Source: an uncultured Candidatus Saccharibacteria bacterium (GTDB lineage: Bacteria; Patescibacteriota; Minisyncoccia; Phycocordibacterales; UBA918). Taken from it: 51,583 nucleotides of DNA. Under the pieces are notes generated by a model. It worked only from the letters and a program-made list of their open reading frames with translations, was not told the DNA's origin and did no database searches. The DNA lies in contig CAZFSB010000001.1 in NCBI GenBank assembly GCA_964521645.1, positions 17,712 to 69,294 on the forward strand, read 5' to 3'. Below are positions 32,894-41,985 of the stretch, in pieces. The stretch's first letter is position 1; each line of letters opens with the position of its first letter. Both the position numbers and the translations under genes were made by a program.

Positions 32894-35143
32894 ATGACCC
32901 TTCGCTCTTCGCACATTCTTACCATCATCCTACTAGCCACACTACTCCTTACTGTGCCGTTTTTAGTGGAGGCGGCGGCGACTAAAGCTGGGCCTCCGAC
33001 GGCGTTTCAGAACGTACTCTGGTCAATCACAGTCTCTGTTTTCGGTCTTTTTGTCTGGCTGTCGAGCGCGATAATCGATATTGGGATCAATACCTACGTT
33101 ATCGGTTTTGGTGATAAGTTCATAACCACCGGCGTTGGCTCAGCAGTTGACAGCCTCTGGACCACCGTGCGTGATATCTTTAACCTTACCTTTATTTTCG
33201 GACTGGTATTTATCGGGTTCAAGATGATCCTTAATAGCGACGATTCAAATACCAAGCGTTGGCTCATCAATCTCATTCTGGCTGCGCTCCTGGTCAACTT
33301 CAGCCTCTTCATCACCAAGGCGGTGGTCGACTTCACCAACATTGCTGCTACCCAGATCGCTCAAGGATTCCCTGTGGATGGTGACAAGGTTTCCCTATCC
33401 AAGGGGTATATGAATATGCTTGGAATACAAAGTTTACTGGGGGGCAACGTCGTACCTGGTACAGAACAAAATGCCTACGGCTTCATCTTTGGCACCATGA
33501 TCCTCTTCGTTGTCATGACTTTCGTCTTCGCGGCGGGAGGTATACTGCTCTTGATCCGCTACGTGGTGCTCTGCTTATACATGATCTTATCACCGCTCAT
33601 GTTCTTAGGCTGGGTCTTTCCGCAACTGCAAAGCATCTCTAACCAATACTGGCAAGGATTTTTGAGTCGTGCTTTCTTTGCCCCGGTCTTTCTACTTCTA
33701 GTTTATTTTTCTCTCTTTGTACTCTCTGCGCTATATAAAGGGTTCGCCACCACTGCTACTGAAAATGAATCCTTGAAAAACGCGTTCGCAACAGCTCAAC
33801 CCGGGCAATTGCCTTCCGTTGAAGCAGCCTTCATCCCCTTCATTCTGAGCGCTATCTTCCTCATCGCTTCCATCGTGGTGGCCAACAAAATGGGCGCTGA
33901 TGGCGCTAGCACCGCCCTTCGGATGGGCAAAAGCGCTAGCAGCTGGGCACAGACCAGAGCCAAGAGAGCTGGAATCGGAACTACTAAATTTGCAGCATCT
34001 CAAACTGGTGGTCGCTTAGCCCGTCGCGGGTCATACGCACTTGGTAATACGCTAAATCAGCAAATTAGCCGCATGCAGAATTCAAACAATCGACTTGTCC
34101 GTGCCGCTGCCAGAAGTACTGCGGTTGACTCCACCGTGCGTGGCGGTGCAGCTAAGATGACAAATGCGAAGTTCGGATTGGCTCGAACGAGAGAACAAGA
34201 ACAAGCTGAAAGTAACCGGATCAATCGTAATGCGGATAGACGAGCTGATGAAGAGCGAACCAGGCAAGCCGAGCAAAATACGAGACTCACTCCCGCTAGC
34301 ACAGATGCTGAAATTACAGCTCATCAGAACGCTCGCCAGGCACATGCACAAGAAGTTAGTCAAATGTCCAATGAGCAGGTTGTTGAAATGGCAAGGCAAG
34401 ACAGGGCGTATGTTCAATCTCCAGAGTTTGCCTCGCTTCTTTCCGTGGCTCAGACAACTGCACTAAGAGAATCTGGAATCTACGATAACGCTGAAATGAC
34501 CCAACTTGAACAAAACAGAACTGACGGAGCGCTTCAGGAAGTCAACCAGGTTCTTACTAATTCAAATGCCTCGGTAGAAAACCTCAATACAGCTATCGAC
34601 AACCTCAATAGGACTGTCAGTACGATGTCAGATCAGCAGATTAGTGACGTGATAGCACGTGACACGAGAGCAGGAAGACCTACGGATCCTGCTTTTGCGG
34701 CCAGCATGACTCAGGCACAGTTTGATACATACATGAACTCATCAGCCTCTCAAGCAGAAAAGAATGCTCTAAGGACAGCACGAGGCGACGGACAACAACG
34801 TATTGCACACTATGGTAGCCTCGTCGATCCTACTTCAGCAGGGGCGACTTCACCTGGAGCAACCGATGCCGACTTCCAAGACAGAAATCGCCGTCGATTA
34901 TTCCGTAACGCTCAGCAGGCTGGTGCCTTGCCTGCGGCGGTACTTGCAGATCCTGAAGTTCGTGAGTTCTTAACACCTCGCATCATTGAAGAATTCTTGA
35001 ACAATAACCCTAATCCTGGTGACATAACAAGTGTAAGAAACAATGTTGAAGATTACATAACTGACCCACTCACACCAAACGCAGTAACCAGCACCTGGCA
35101 AACCTGGATGAATACAACGGTTCTAGGAAGGCGTTTCCAATAA
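32894..35143 (+). CDS. VirB6/TrbL-like polytopic membrane protein with a long hydrophilic C-terminal half
   Basis: Signal-like N-terminus, then about 7 TM helices in the first ~340 aa, then a Gln/Asn/Arg/Ala-rich soluble region. Its size and position beside VirB3/VirB4-like genes resemble the VirB6-type subunits of Gram-positive conjugation systems. Confidence 0.6.
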   Translation: MTLRSSHILTIILLATLLLTVPFLVEAAATKAGPPTAFQNVLWSITVSVFGLFVWLSSAIIDIGINTYVIGFGDKFITTGVGSAVDSLWTTVRDIFNLTFIFGLVFIGFKMILNSDDSNTKRWLINLILAALLVNFSLFITKAVVDFTNIAATQIAQGFPVDGDKVSLSKGYMNMLGIQSLLGGNVVPGTEQNAYGFIFGTMILFVVMTFVFAAGGILLLIRYVVLCLYMILSPLMFLGWVFPQLQSISNQYWQGFLSRAFFAPVFLLLVYFSLFVLSALYKGFATTATENESLKNAFATAQPGQLPSVEAAFIPFILSAIFLIASIVVANKMGADGASTALRMGKSASSWAQTRAKRAGIGTTKFAASQTGGRLARRGSYALGNTLNQQISRMQNSNNRLVRAAARSTAVDSTVRGGAAKMTNAKFGLARTREQEQAESNRINRNADRRADEERTRQAEQNTRLTPASTDAEITAHQNARQAHAQEVSQMSNEQVVEMARQDRAYVQSPEFASLLSVAQTTALRESGIYDNAEMTQLEQNRTDGALQEVNQVLTNSNASVENLNTAIDNLNRTVSTMSDQQISDVIARDTRAGRPTDPAFAASMTQAQFDTYMNSSASQAEKNALRTARGDGQQRIAHYGSLVDPTSAGATSPGATDADFQDRNRRRLFRNAQQAGALPAAVLADPEVREFLTPRIIEEFLNNNPNPGDITSVRNNVEDYITDPLTPNAVTSTWQTWMNTTVLGRRFQ

Positions 35144-35150
35144 AAATTCT

Positions 35151-35645
35151 ATGATTCAAATTGACACAAACTCATTCCTGAAGGCTTTCAATGCTGCTGA
35201 TGAAAACAAGAAGGAATTGATGCGTAATTCACGAATCAATGATTGCATACTCGGATCATCAATCAAGATGAATATAGATACCGATTCAAAATCCTTGATA
35301 TTGTTGTTTGGTTATAAAATATTAGGTTTGATTGACAGTCAGACTTTGTACAGGGAGCTAAAAGTGCTCGGAATTAATGATGCTGAAGCATTCGCAACGA
35401 CGGTGCTTTCGTGTGTAGAAGTCACTAACACTCCCTCCTCCCCACATACAATTCACAATGAGGAGACAAGTGTAGAAAATAAATCAAAGATACAGACAAC
35501 TACCCCCCACATCCGCACCATGGCAGACGACATGGCAAAGTCACAAGCAGCCGGCGAGCATGTCTACACCTCCACCCAAGAGGCAATCCTCAAAGAAGGT
35601 TGGTCGACACCAAAGCCAGCGCAAAATCCACCCCAGTCTTCGTAA
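35151..35645 (+). CDS. hypothetical protein (164 aa)
   Basis: ORF starts 7 nt after the upstream stop. Contains an IRTMADDMAKS motif. No family recognised. Confidence 0.55.
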   Translation: MIQIDTNSFLKAFNAADENKKELMRNSRINDCILGSSIKMNIDTDSKSLILLFGYKILGLIDSQTLYRELKVLGINDAEAFATTVLSCVEVTNTPSSPHTIHNEETSVENKSKIQTTTPHIRTMADDMAKSQAAGEHVYTSTQEAILKEGWSTPKPAQNPPQSS

Positions 35646-35710
35646 CTCATTGGGGATAGACGTCGACAAATGATTCGTATCAGCTTCACCACCATGTATA
35701 ATGGTGGTGT

Positions 35711-36133
35711 ATGCGTTTTGAAGTTCCTCAATTCATCGAGATCGAAGACAAGATCTTCGGACCACTGTCCTGGCGGCAGTTCCTCTACCTCAGTGGAGGA
35801 GTCGGCATGGCCGTGGTCATCTTTTTCACCACTAACCTCATTGTCTTTGCTTTTCTCGGACTGCCCCTAGCACTCTTGGCCGGGGCCCTGGCCTTTTATC
35901 CGGTCAACAATCGCCCCTTCTCCTTTTTCCTAGAAGCCATCTTCAATTACCTCACCAAACAGCGCCTGTACCTCTGGCGTAAACGGTCCGATGTGGTGTA
36001 TCGTGCCGCGCCAACCACCCACCAGAGCGCCACCAACCTAGCAGTAAGGCGTGGTGAAGTGGCAGCGAAGAAGAAAGATATCGGCTCGATGGCCCGACGA
36101 CTAGAATTACAAGCATTACAAAAAACAGAATAG
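35711..36133 (+). CDS. PrgI-family (VirB3-like) small T4SS membrane protein
   Basis: N-terminal VPQFIEIEDKIFGPLSWRQFLYL followed by two TM helices. This is the pattern I associate with PrgI/VirB3-like proteins that sit directly upstream of VirB4. Confidence 0.65.
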   Translation: MRFEVPQFIEIEDKIFGPLSWRQFLYLSGGVGMAVVIFFTTNLIVFAFLGLPLALLAGALAFYPVNNRPFSFFLEAIFNYLTKQRLYLWRKRSDVVYRAAPTTHQSATNLAVRRGEVAAKKKDIGSMARRLELQALQKTE

Positions 36134-36134
36134 T

Positions 36135-36776
36135 ATGGCGACAGCAAAAGCAGCAACCCAAGATTTTGTCTCGATCCGAGACATCAAAGACAACGTGGTC
36201 ATCCAGAAGGGTGGGCAGATGCAAATGGTGCTGCTCGCTTCTTCGGTAAACTTTGCCCTCAAGTCGCTCGACGAGCAGAAAGCCATCCTCATGCAGTTCC
36301 AGCAGTTTCTGAACACACTCGACTTTTCTCTCCAGATATATGTCCAGTCTCGCCGACTGAACATCGATCCATACCTCGAGTTACTGGCAACCTTGGAGAA
36401 TAAACAAGACAACGACCTTATGCGCATTCAGCTCCGTGAGTACATGGAGTTCATTCGCACCTTCACCACGGACGTCGACGTGATGAGCAAGAGCTTCTTT
36501 GTTGTCATTCCGTATACTCCTTCGCCAGTCAACCTCACCAAGGGCATCACCAATCTCTTCGCGCCGAGCGCGTCTACCACCAGCACCCTTCCTGGTGATG
36601 CGCAGTTTGAGGAACACCGCATTCAGCTCGAACAGCGCGTCGGGATGGTGACGGAAGGTTTGGCGCGTGTCGGGGTACGCACCATTACGCTCCAGAAGGA
36701 TGACTTGGTTGAGCTGTACTACCATCTTTACAATCCCGCTGACCCGACCGGCTCGGCTCCGATCATGGAAAATTAA
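36135..36776 (+). CDS. VirB4/TraC N-terminal-domain-like protein (detached N-terminal module)
   Basis: IRDIKDNVVIQKGGQMQMVLLASSVNFALKSLDEQKAILMQFQQFLNTLDFSLQIYV resembles the extreme N-terminus of Gram-positive VirB4-type ATPases. It is in the same reading frame as the next ORF and separated from it by TAA TAA plus 4 codons. Confidence 0.55.
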   Translation: MATAKAATQDFVSIRDIKDNVVIQKGGQMQMVLLASSVNFALKSLDEQKAILMQFQQFLNTLDFSLQIYVQSRRLNIDPYLELLATLENKQDNDLMRIQLREYMEFIRTFTTDVDVMSKSFFVVIPYTPSPVNLTKGITNLFAPSASTTSTLPGDAQFEEHRIQLEQRVGMVTEGLARVGVRTITLQKDDLVELYYHLYNPADPTGSAPIMEN

Positions 36777-36791
36777 TAATCTGCTATTTAT

Positions 36792-38585
36792 ATGGGTATC
36801 TTAAGTTCACTACAACCACAAGCTGGAAAAAACGGAGACAAGATGAGCGATCAGCTGCTCACCCTTACCGATGTCATCGCTCCTTCCGCCATTAGCATCA
36901 CCCCGCGTAGCATCAACATCAGCGGCATGACCGCCCGTGTCTACTATGCCGTATCCTACCCACGCTTCCTCAGTGACGGTTGGCTCGAGCCGGTTCTCAA
37001 CCTAGCTAAGGAGCTCGACATATCGATCTTCGTTCACCCGATCGACACCGCAGATACCCTTAAAAAATTCCAGAAGAAAGTGGCTGAGGTACAAAGTCAG
37101 ATCAACCTCAAGGAAGAGAAGGGGGAAGTGCGTGACCCACAGCTCGAGGCAGCCTTTCGCAACCTTGAGGAGCTACGTGATAAGCTGCAGCAAGCAGAAG
37201 AGAAACTCTTCAATGTCGGTTTCTACCTGGCCATCTACGGCGAAAATGAAACGGCTATCAGCAAGGCGGAAAATGAGATCCGCGGCGTGCTCGATGCTCG
37301 CATGGTCGCTATGAAGCCAGCCCTCTTTCAGCAAGAACAAGGACTGAAGAGTATCATGCCCCTAGCGACCGACGAGCTCTTGGTCCACAGCAAATTCAAT
37401 TCTGAACCACTCTCCAGCTTTTTCCCCTTCACCTCCTTCGATCTCACCTCAGACACCGGCATCCTCTACGGTATCAACCGACATAATTCTTCGCTCGTTC
37501 TCTTCGACCGCTACTCTCTCACCAACTACAACTCCGTGACCTTTGCCACTTCTGGGGCAGGGAAGTCTTACGGCCTCAAACTGGAGATCCTTCGCTCACT
37601 CATGTTCGGCGCGGAGGTGATCGTACTCGACCCGGAACGAGAGTACGAATACTTGGCCGAAGCCACCGGTGGTCGCTTCTTTAATATCTCACTTTCCTCT
37701 AACCACCACGTAAACCCCTTCGATCTACCGCCGCCAGGGGAAGATGAGGACCCTCGTGATGTTTTGCGCACGCACGTCATTGAGCTTGTCGGCCTATTTC
37801 GTCTCATGCTCGGTGGCCTCACCGCCGAGGAAGAGACGCTCATCGACCTAGCGATCCAAGAAACTTACGCTCTCAAGGACATCACCGGCGACACAAACTT
37901 CGGTGATATGGAACCCCCGCTCCTGACAGACTTTGAGATGGTGCTCGCTGGTATGGATGGCAGCGCGTCACTTATCACCCGTCTCCAAAAATATACCTCA
38001 GGTACCTGGTCGGGCTTCATGAATAAGCCGACCAATGTTGACATCAACCAAAAATTCATCGTCTTCTCGCTCCGTGACATGGAGGATGAGCTAAAGACCA
38101 TCGCGATGTACATTATTACGAACTACATTTGGGGCTCAATCCGTCGCCGTCTCGCGAAGCGACTCATGGTGATCGACGAGGCGTGGTGGATGATGAAAAG
38201 TGAAGACACCGCTTCCTTCCTCTTCTCGCTCGCCAAACGTGGCCGTAAGTACTACCTCGGCATCGCTACCATCACCCAAGACGTGGACGACTTTCTCCGC
38301 TCACCGTATGGTGTGCCGATGATCACTAACTCCTCCATTCAGCTCCTTATGAAGCAGTCGCCGACCGCTATCGATAATATTCAAAAGACTTTCAACCTCA
38401 CCGATGAAGAGAAATTCCTTCTTCTGGAATCAAACGTGGGGGAGGGGATATTCTTTGCTGGCCTGAAGCACGTTGCCATTAAGATCATCGCTTCCTACAC
38501 CGAAGACCAGATCATCACCTCCGACCCATCGCAGCTACTCCAGATCCAGCGCGCCCGTGAGGAACTACAAGCCTCCCGCACTTAG
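36792..38585 (+). CDS. virB4: VirB4-family type IV secretion ATPase
   Basis: Walker A TSGAGKSYGLK, DPEREYEYLA, Walker B MVIDEAWWMM, and RGRKYYLGIATITQDVDDF. Confidence 0.88.
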   Translation: MGILSSLQPQAGKNGDKMSDQLLTLTDVIAPSAISITPRSINISGMTARVYYAVSYPRFLSDGWLEPVLNLAKELDISIFVHPIDTADTLKKFQKKVAEVQSQINLKEEKGEVRDPQLEAAFRNLEELRDKLQQAEEKLFNVGFYLAIYGENETAISKAENEIRGVLDARMVAMKPALFQQEQGLKSIMPLATDELLVHSKFNSEPLSSFFPFTSFDLTSDTGILYGINRHNSSLVLFDRYSLTNYNSVTFATSGAGKSYGLKLEILRSLMFGAEVIVLDPEREYEYLAEATGGRFFNISLSSNHHVNPFDLPPPGEDEDPRDVLRTHVIELVGLFRLMLGGLTAEEETLIDLAIQETYALKDITGDTNFGDMEPPLLTDFEMVLAGMDGSASLITRLQKYTSGTWSGFMNKPTNVDINQKFIVFSLRDMEDELKTIAMYIITNYIWGSIRRRLAKRLMVIDEAWWMMKSEDTASFLFSLAKRGRKYYLGIATITQDVDDFLRSPYGVPMITNSSIQLLMKQSPTAIDNIQKTFNLTDEEKFLLLESNVGEGIFFAGLKHVAIKIIASYTEDQIITSDPSQLLQIQRAREELQASRT

Positions 38586-38608
38586 GGGTGTAGTATACTG
38601 ATACGTAT

Positions 38609-39655
38609 ATGGCGGTACCGCAGCCAGCAGACCGGGGAACGTACGATCGCTCAAGTGAGTCGGGGGCTTTTCCAGCCGCCGCCAATGACCCCCGGTTTGT
38701 GCAAAGACCTAACTTGCGCGTGACCAACGTAACTAATACAACTCGCCCTGATACAACGCAGCGTACGGTAGTCCGCCGTACCTCTGCCGATCGTTCTGAC
38801 CTGCGTGGACCAACTGTCACGCGCAACGTACGAGTCTCCACCATGCCCGGTTCGCATAAAGAGGTTGGTGACAGTGGGCACAAGACCACTGACCAACAGT
38901 TCACTGAGAGCTACGCGAAGGCTGGACTTCAACCCTCTTCTCTAGATGATATACCTCCCGGCGCCAACCAAAGACAGTATGACGCTGTTCCCCAGATCAC
39001 CCGCAGCGCTGGAGGGAGAGAATCCACCGCTTCTGTTCCTGCTGGGGTTTCTAATGAGCAATTACAGTATCGGCAAGCTGCTGGACAGGCGTCCTTCTTA
39101 AAGAAGGCAATGCGTAGTAAAGTTTCTTTAGCAAAGACCAACGCGGCTCATATTAAAGCTGCGGCGACCACAGCAAGCATCTATTCCTGGGCAGTTCCTT
39201 TGTGGCTGATATTTCAATTACCACTTGCCTTACTTGGCCTGGCCGCGATGATGGTTGGGATCGCTATCGAGACAGCTATTAGAGATTACGCAGTAGCAAA
39301 ACCGGATGACGGAATCCTTACCTATGCATTTAAAACGGTTGTCGGGGCCGTTTTGGAGGCGGGAACAGCAGTGGTTGGTTATATTACTGGTTTATTTGGT
39401 ATCGATCTCTCAATTCTCAATCCGCTGAATATCTTCCTCGCCCTACACCTGGTGTTAGTAGGGTATGCCATTATCCTTCTATTTGCGATCTTTTTGATCT
39501 ACAAATTACGTTTTATGAACCCTTTATTTGGATCAGGTGGCGGCATGAAGACCGGAGCCTTTTTACTTGCCTTGGTTGGTTACTCTGTTCCTATCCTTAA
39601 TTTGTTTCCTTGGTTCGTACCCTGGACAGTGACCGTCTTCCTTCATCCAAAGTAG
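38609..39655 (+). CDS. hypothetical membrane protein: disordered N-terminal half plus about 5 C-terminal TM helices
   Basis: TATACT lies 9 nt upstream of the ATG. No family recognised. Confidence 0.6.
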   Translation: MAVPQPADRGTYDRSSESGAFPAAANDPRFVQRPNLRVTNVTNTTRPDTTQRTVVRRTSADRSDLRGPTVTRNVRVSTMPGSHKEVGDSGHKTTDQQFTESYAKAGLQPSSLDDIPPGANQRQYDAVPQITRSAGGRESTASVPAGVSNEQLQYRQAAGQASFLKKAMRSKVSLAKTNAAHIKAAATTASIYSWAVPLWLIFQLPLALLGLAAMMVGIAIETAIRDYAVAKPDDGILTYAFKTVVGAVLEAGTAVVGYITGLFGIDLSILNPLNIFLALHLVLVGYAIILLFAIFLIYKLRFMNPLFGSGGGMKTGAFLLALVGYSVPILNLFPWFVPWTVTVFLHPK

Positions 39656-39781
39656 AGGATCGGTGTTTTTATAATTGACTGACCGGAAATCTCCACAGTT
39701 TTTCCCAACACTATACACAGCCCATCCCCGTTTTTCCCACAGGTTCTTGAAAAAGACCCTCTCGAGAGCTCTCCATCTGAT

Positions 39782-40762
39782 ATGATTATGCATATGAGGA
39801 CCCTTTCACTAATCTTTCTATTCGCAGCCGTTTTTATGGCCGCGCCAACCTACGCACAATTTGATTCTCTCACGTACTCAGGAAATGACTCCGGGCTCGA
39901 ATTTCAGCCAGAGTTTCCTCAACCAGGAGAACTGGTCACCATCTCCATCAGAGACTACCGGAACAGTAGCTATGGAGCAAAGATAACTTGGGTTCTAGAT
40001 GGCAAAGTAATTCCAGACGCTGAAAACCAGCGACAGGTGAGTGTTACCGCCGGCGCAGCTGGCGGGTCCCAAAAGATCGAGGCTGTCCTTACTCGTGTGA
40101 CCGGCTCAAACGATGTCATTAGCGCTGTCCTCCGACCGGTCTACCTCGACATCATTCTCGAACCACAAACCCGAACCCCAGATTTCTATCTCGGTCGGTC
40201 CCTCCCCAGCGTTGGCAGTTCGGTAAACGCTACTGTTTTGGTGAGTCAGGGTAGTGGCATCAGAAACACTGACCTCGTCTACACCTGGAAATTGGGGCAG
40301 CAGGTGCTCGGTGGTGGCCCACTACGCGGCCAGAACAAGATCTCCTACATCACCCCGGTTGGGAACGGGGAGATCATGTCTGTTCAAGTTTCTGAACTAG
40401 GTGGCACCGTTTTGGCTCGCCGAGCTTTCCTAGTACCTTCCGTCGACCCGGTGATCCGCTTCTATGAGGTCAATGCGCTTTTTGGTATAAACAAAAAGGC
40501 GGTCACTACCGGGGCTCCCCTTATTAGCAACAGCTTGACGCTGCGCGCCGAACCATACTACCTCGACTCCCGTATCTATAATGACCCGGCCATTTTACAG
40601 TGGAAGCTTGGTGGTAGGGAAGCAAGCAACACCAGCAGCAACCCCTACGAGATAGCCTTGCAGCGCACTGGTCTTACTGGTTCGACGCAGTTAGAGTTTC
40701 TGGTTCGTGATACGAAGCAGGTCTTACAGGGTGCCCAAGCAACCACGCGCATTAATTACTGA
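39782..40762 (+). CDS. hypothetical secreted protein
   Basis: Signal peptide MRTLSLIFLFAAVFMAAPTYAQ. ATG at 39782, 39788 or 39794 is possible. Beta-rich composition. Confidence 0.6.
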   Translation: MIMHMRTLSLIFLFAAVFMAAPTYAQFDSLTYSGNDSGLEFQPEFPQPGELVTISIRDYRNSSYGAKITWVLDGKVIPDAENQRQVSVTAGAAGGSQKIEAVLTRVTGSNDVISAVLRPVYLDIILEPQTRTPDFYLGRSLPSVGSSVNATVLVSQGSGIRNTDLVYTWKLGQQVLGGGPLRGQNKISYITPVGNGEIMSVQVSELGGTVLARRAFLVPSVDPVIRFYEVNALFGINKKAVTTGAPLISNSLTLRAEPYYLDSRIYNDPAILQWKLGGREASNTSSNPYEIALQRTGLTGSTQLEFLVRDTKQVLQGAQATTRINY

Positions 40763-40767
40763 TCCTT

Positions 40768-41967
40768 ATGAAACGTCCTCTTTTCGTCATTATTGGAAGC
40801 GTCATCGTCCTGGTCCTGATCTTTGTCTGGGTATATATCCTCTTCTTTAGTGAGCCGAAGGTAGGTGATGAGTCTTTTGCCGACCTCGGTTTTGGGGACA
40901 CTACCGACACTAGCTATGATCCCACTATCGGGACGGGAACTGAAGAGACCGAACCAATCGTTGACGTCTCTGGTCCCGAACGACTCCGCCAACTCACTAC
41001 CCGTCCGGTAGTGGGGTATCAAGATGTACAAAAGGCCCCTAGTTCGACACCCGCTGTCTACTACGTTGAGTCGGGCACTGGACACATCTTTTCTATCGAT
41101 CTCGTTTCTGGTGAGGAAAGGCGTATTTCTGGCACCACCATTCCTGCTAGTCGTGAAGCAGTGATCACTCCTGATGGCCAATTCCTCATGGCCCGCTCTG
41201 GTTCTGGTAATGGCGCAAAGATTATTGTTGGTGAAATTGACCCTATGCAAGAAAGTGTTTCTATCGGAACCATTGATGAGCGTATCGTCAGTTTTACCGC
41301 AACCACCGACAACACTTTCCTCTACGCCGTGCAAACTGGTGACTCGGTGATCGCCAAGGAATATGACCCTACCACTGCTTCAGCTAAGAACCTTTTTACC
41401 ACCCCCTTCCGCGAAGCGGTCATCGCCTGGGGCAAGAGCGCTGCTGATACACACCACTTCTATCCTAAAGCAGCCGCTCAACTGGAGGGCTACGGATACC
41501 AGGTTACGAAGGGAAAGATCGACCGCCTTCCAGCCGATGGGTATGGGTTCTCGCTCCGGGGAAGTAGCGCTGGTGTTCTCTACAGTGAGCAGGTGAACTA
41601 TGACTACCGGTCCTTTATTTACAATACATCACTCGACACGACATTTCCCGCACCACTTCTTCTCATTCCAGAGAAGTGTGCCGCCCTTACCCTGACACCC
41701 GCCAACCTGGTGTGTGGGGGACAATTTGGTATGAATGGTGAATCACTACCAGATAATTGGTACCAGGGCATTATCTCTTTTGCTGATGGTTTATGGCTCA
41801 TCGATGTTGAAAACGGCTTGGTGGAGGAATTGGTAAATATCACCAGTGAAAGCGGCCGGCAATTGGATGTCACTGGTGTTCTAGTCAGCAGTGATGATCA
41901 GCGGCTGTACTTTACCAACTCGCATGATAACTACCTCTGGACACTTGACCGCTCCTTGGCACAATAA
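40768..41967 (+). CDS. hypothetical N-terminally anchored protein, possible beta-propeller (PD40/TolB-like repeats)
   Basis: N-terminal TM. Repeats of the type YYVESGTGHIFSIDLVSGEERRISG. The fold call is tentative. Confidence 0.6.
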   Translation: MKRPLFVIIGSVIVLVLIFVWVYILFFSEPKVGDESFADLGFGDTTDTSYDPTIGTGTEETEPIVDVSGPERLRQLTTRPVVGYQDVQKAPSSTPAVYYVESGTGHIFSIDLVSGEERRISGTTIPASREAVITPDGQFLMARSGSGNGAKIIVGEIDPMQESVSIGTIDERIVSFTATTDNTFLYAVQTGDSVIAKEYDPTTASAKNLFTTPFREAVIAWGKSAADTHHFYPKAAAQLEGYGYQVTKGKIDRLPADGYGFSLRGSSAGVLYSEQVNYDYRSFIYNTSLDTTFPAPLLLIPEKCAALTLTPANLVCGGQFGMNGESLPDNWYQGIISFADGLWLIDVENGLVEELVNITSESGRQLDVTGVLVSSDDQRLYFTNSHDNYLWTLDRSLAQ

Positions 41968-41985
41968 GTTAGTTAACCCACCTTT

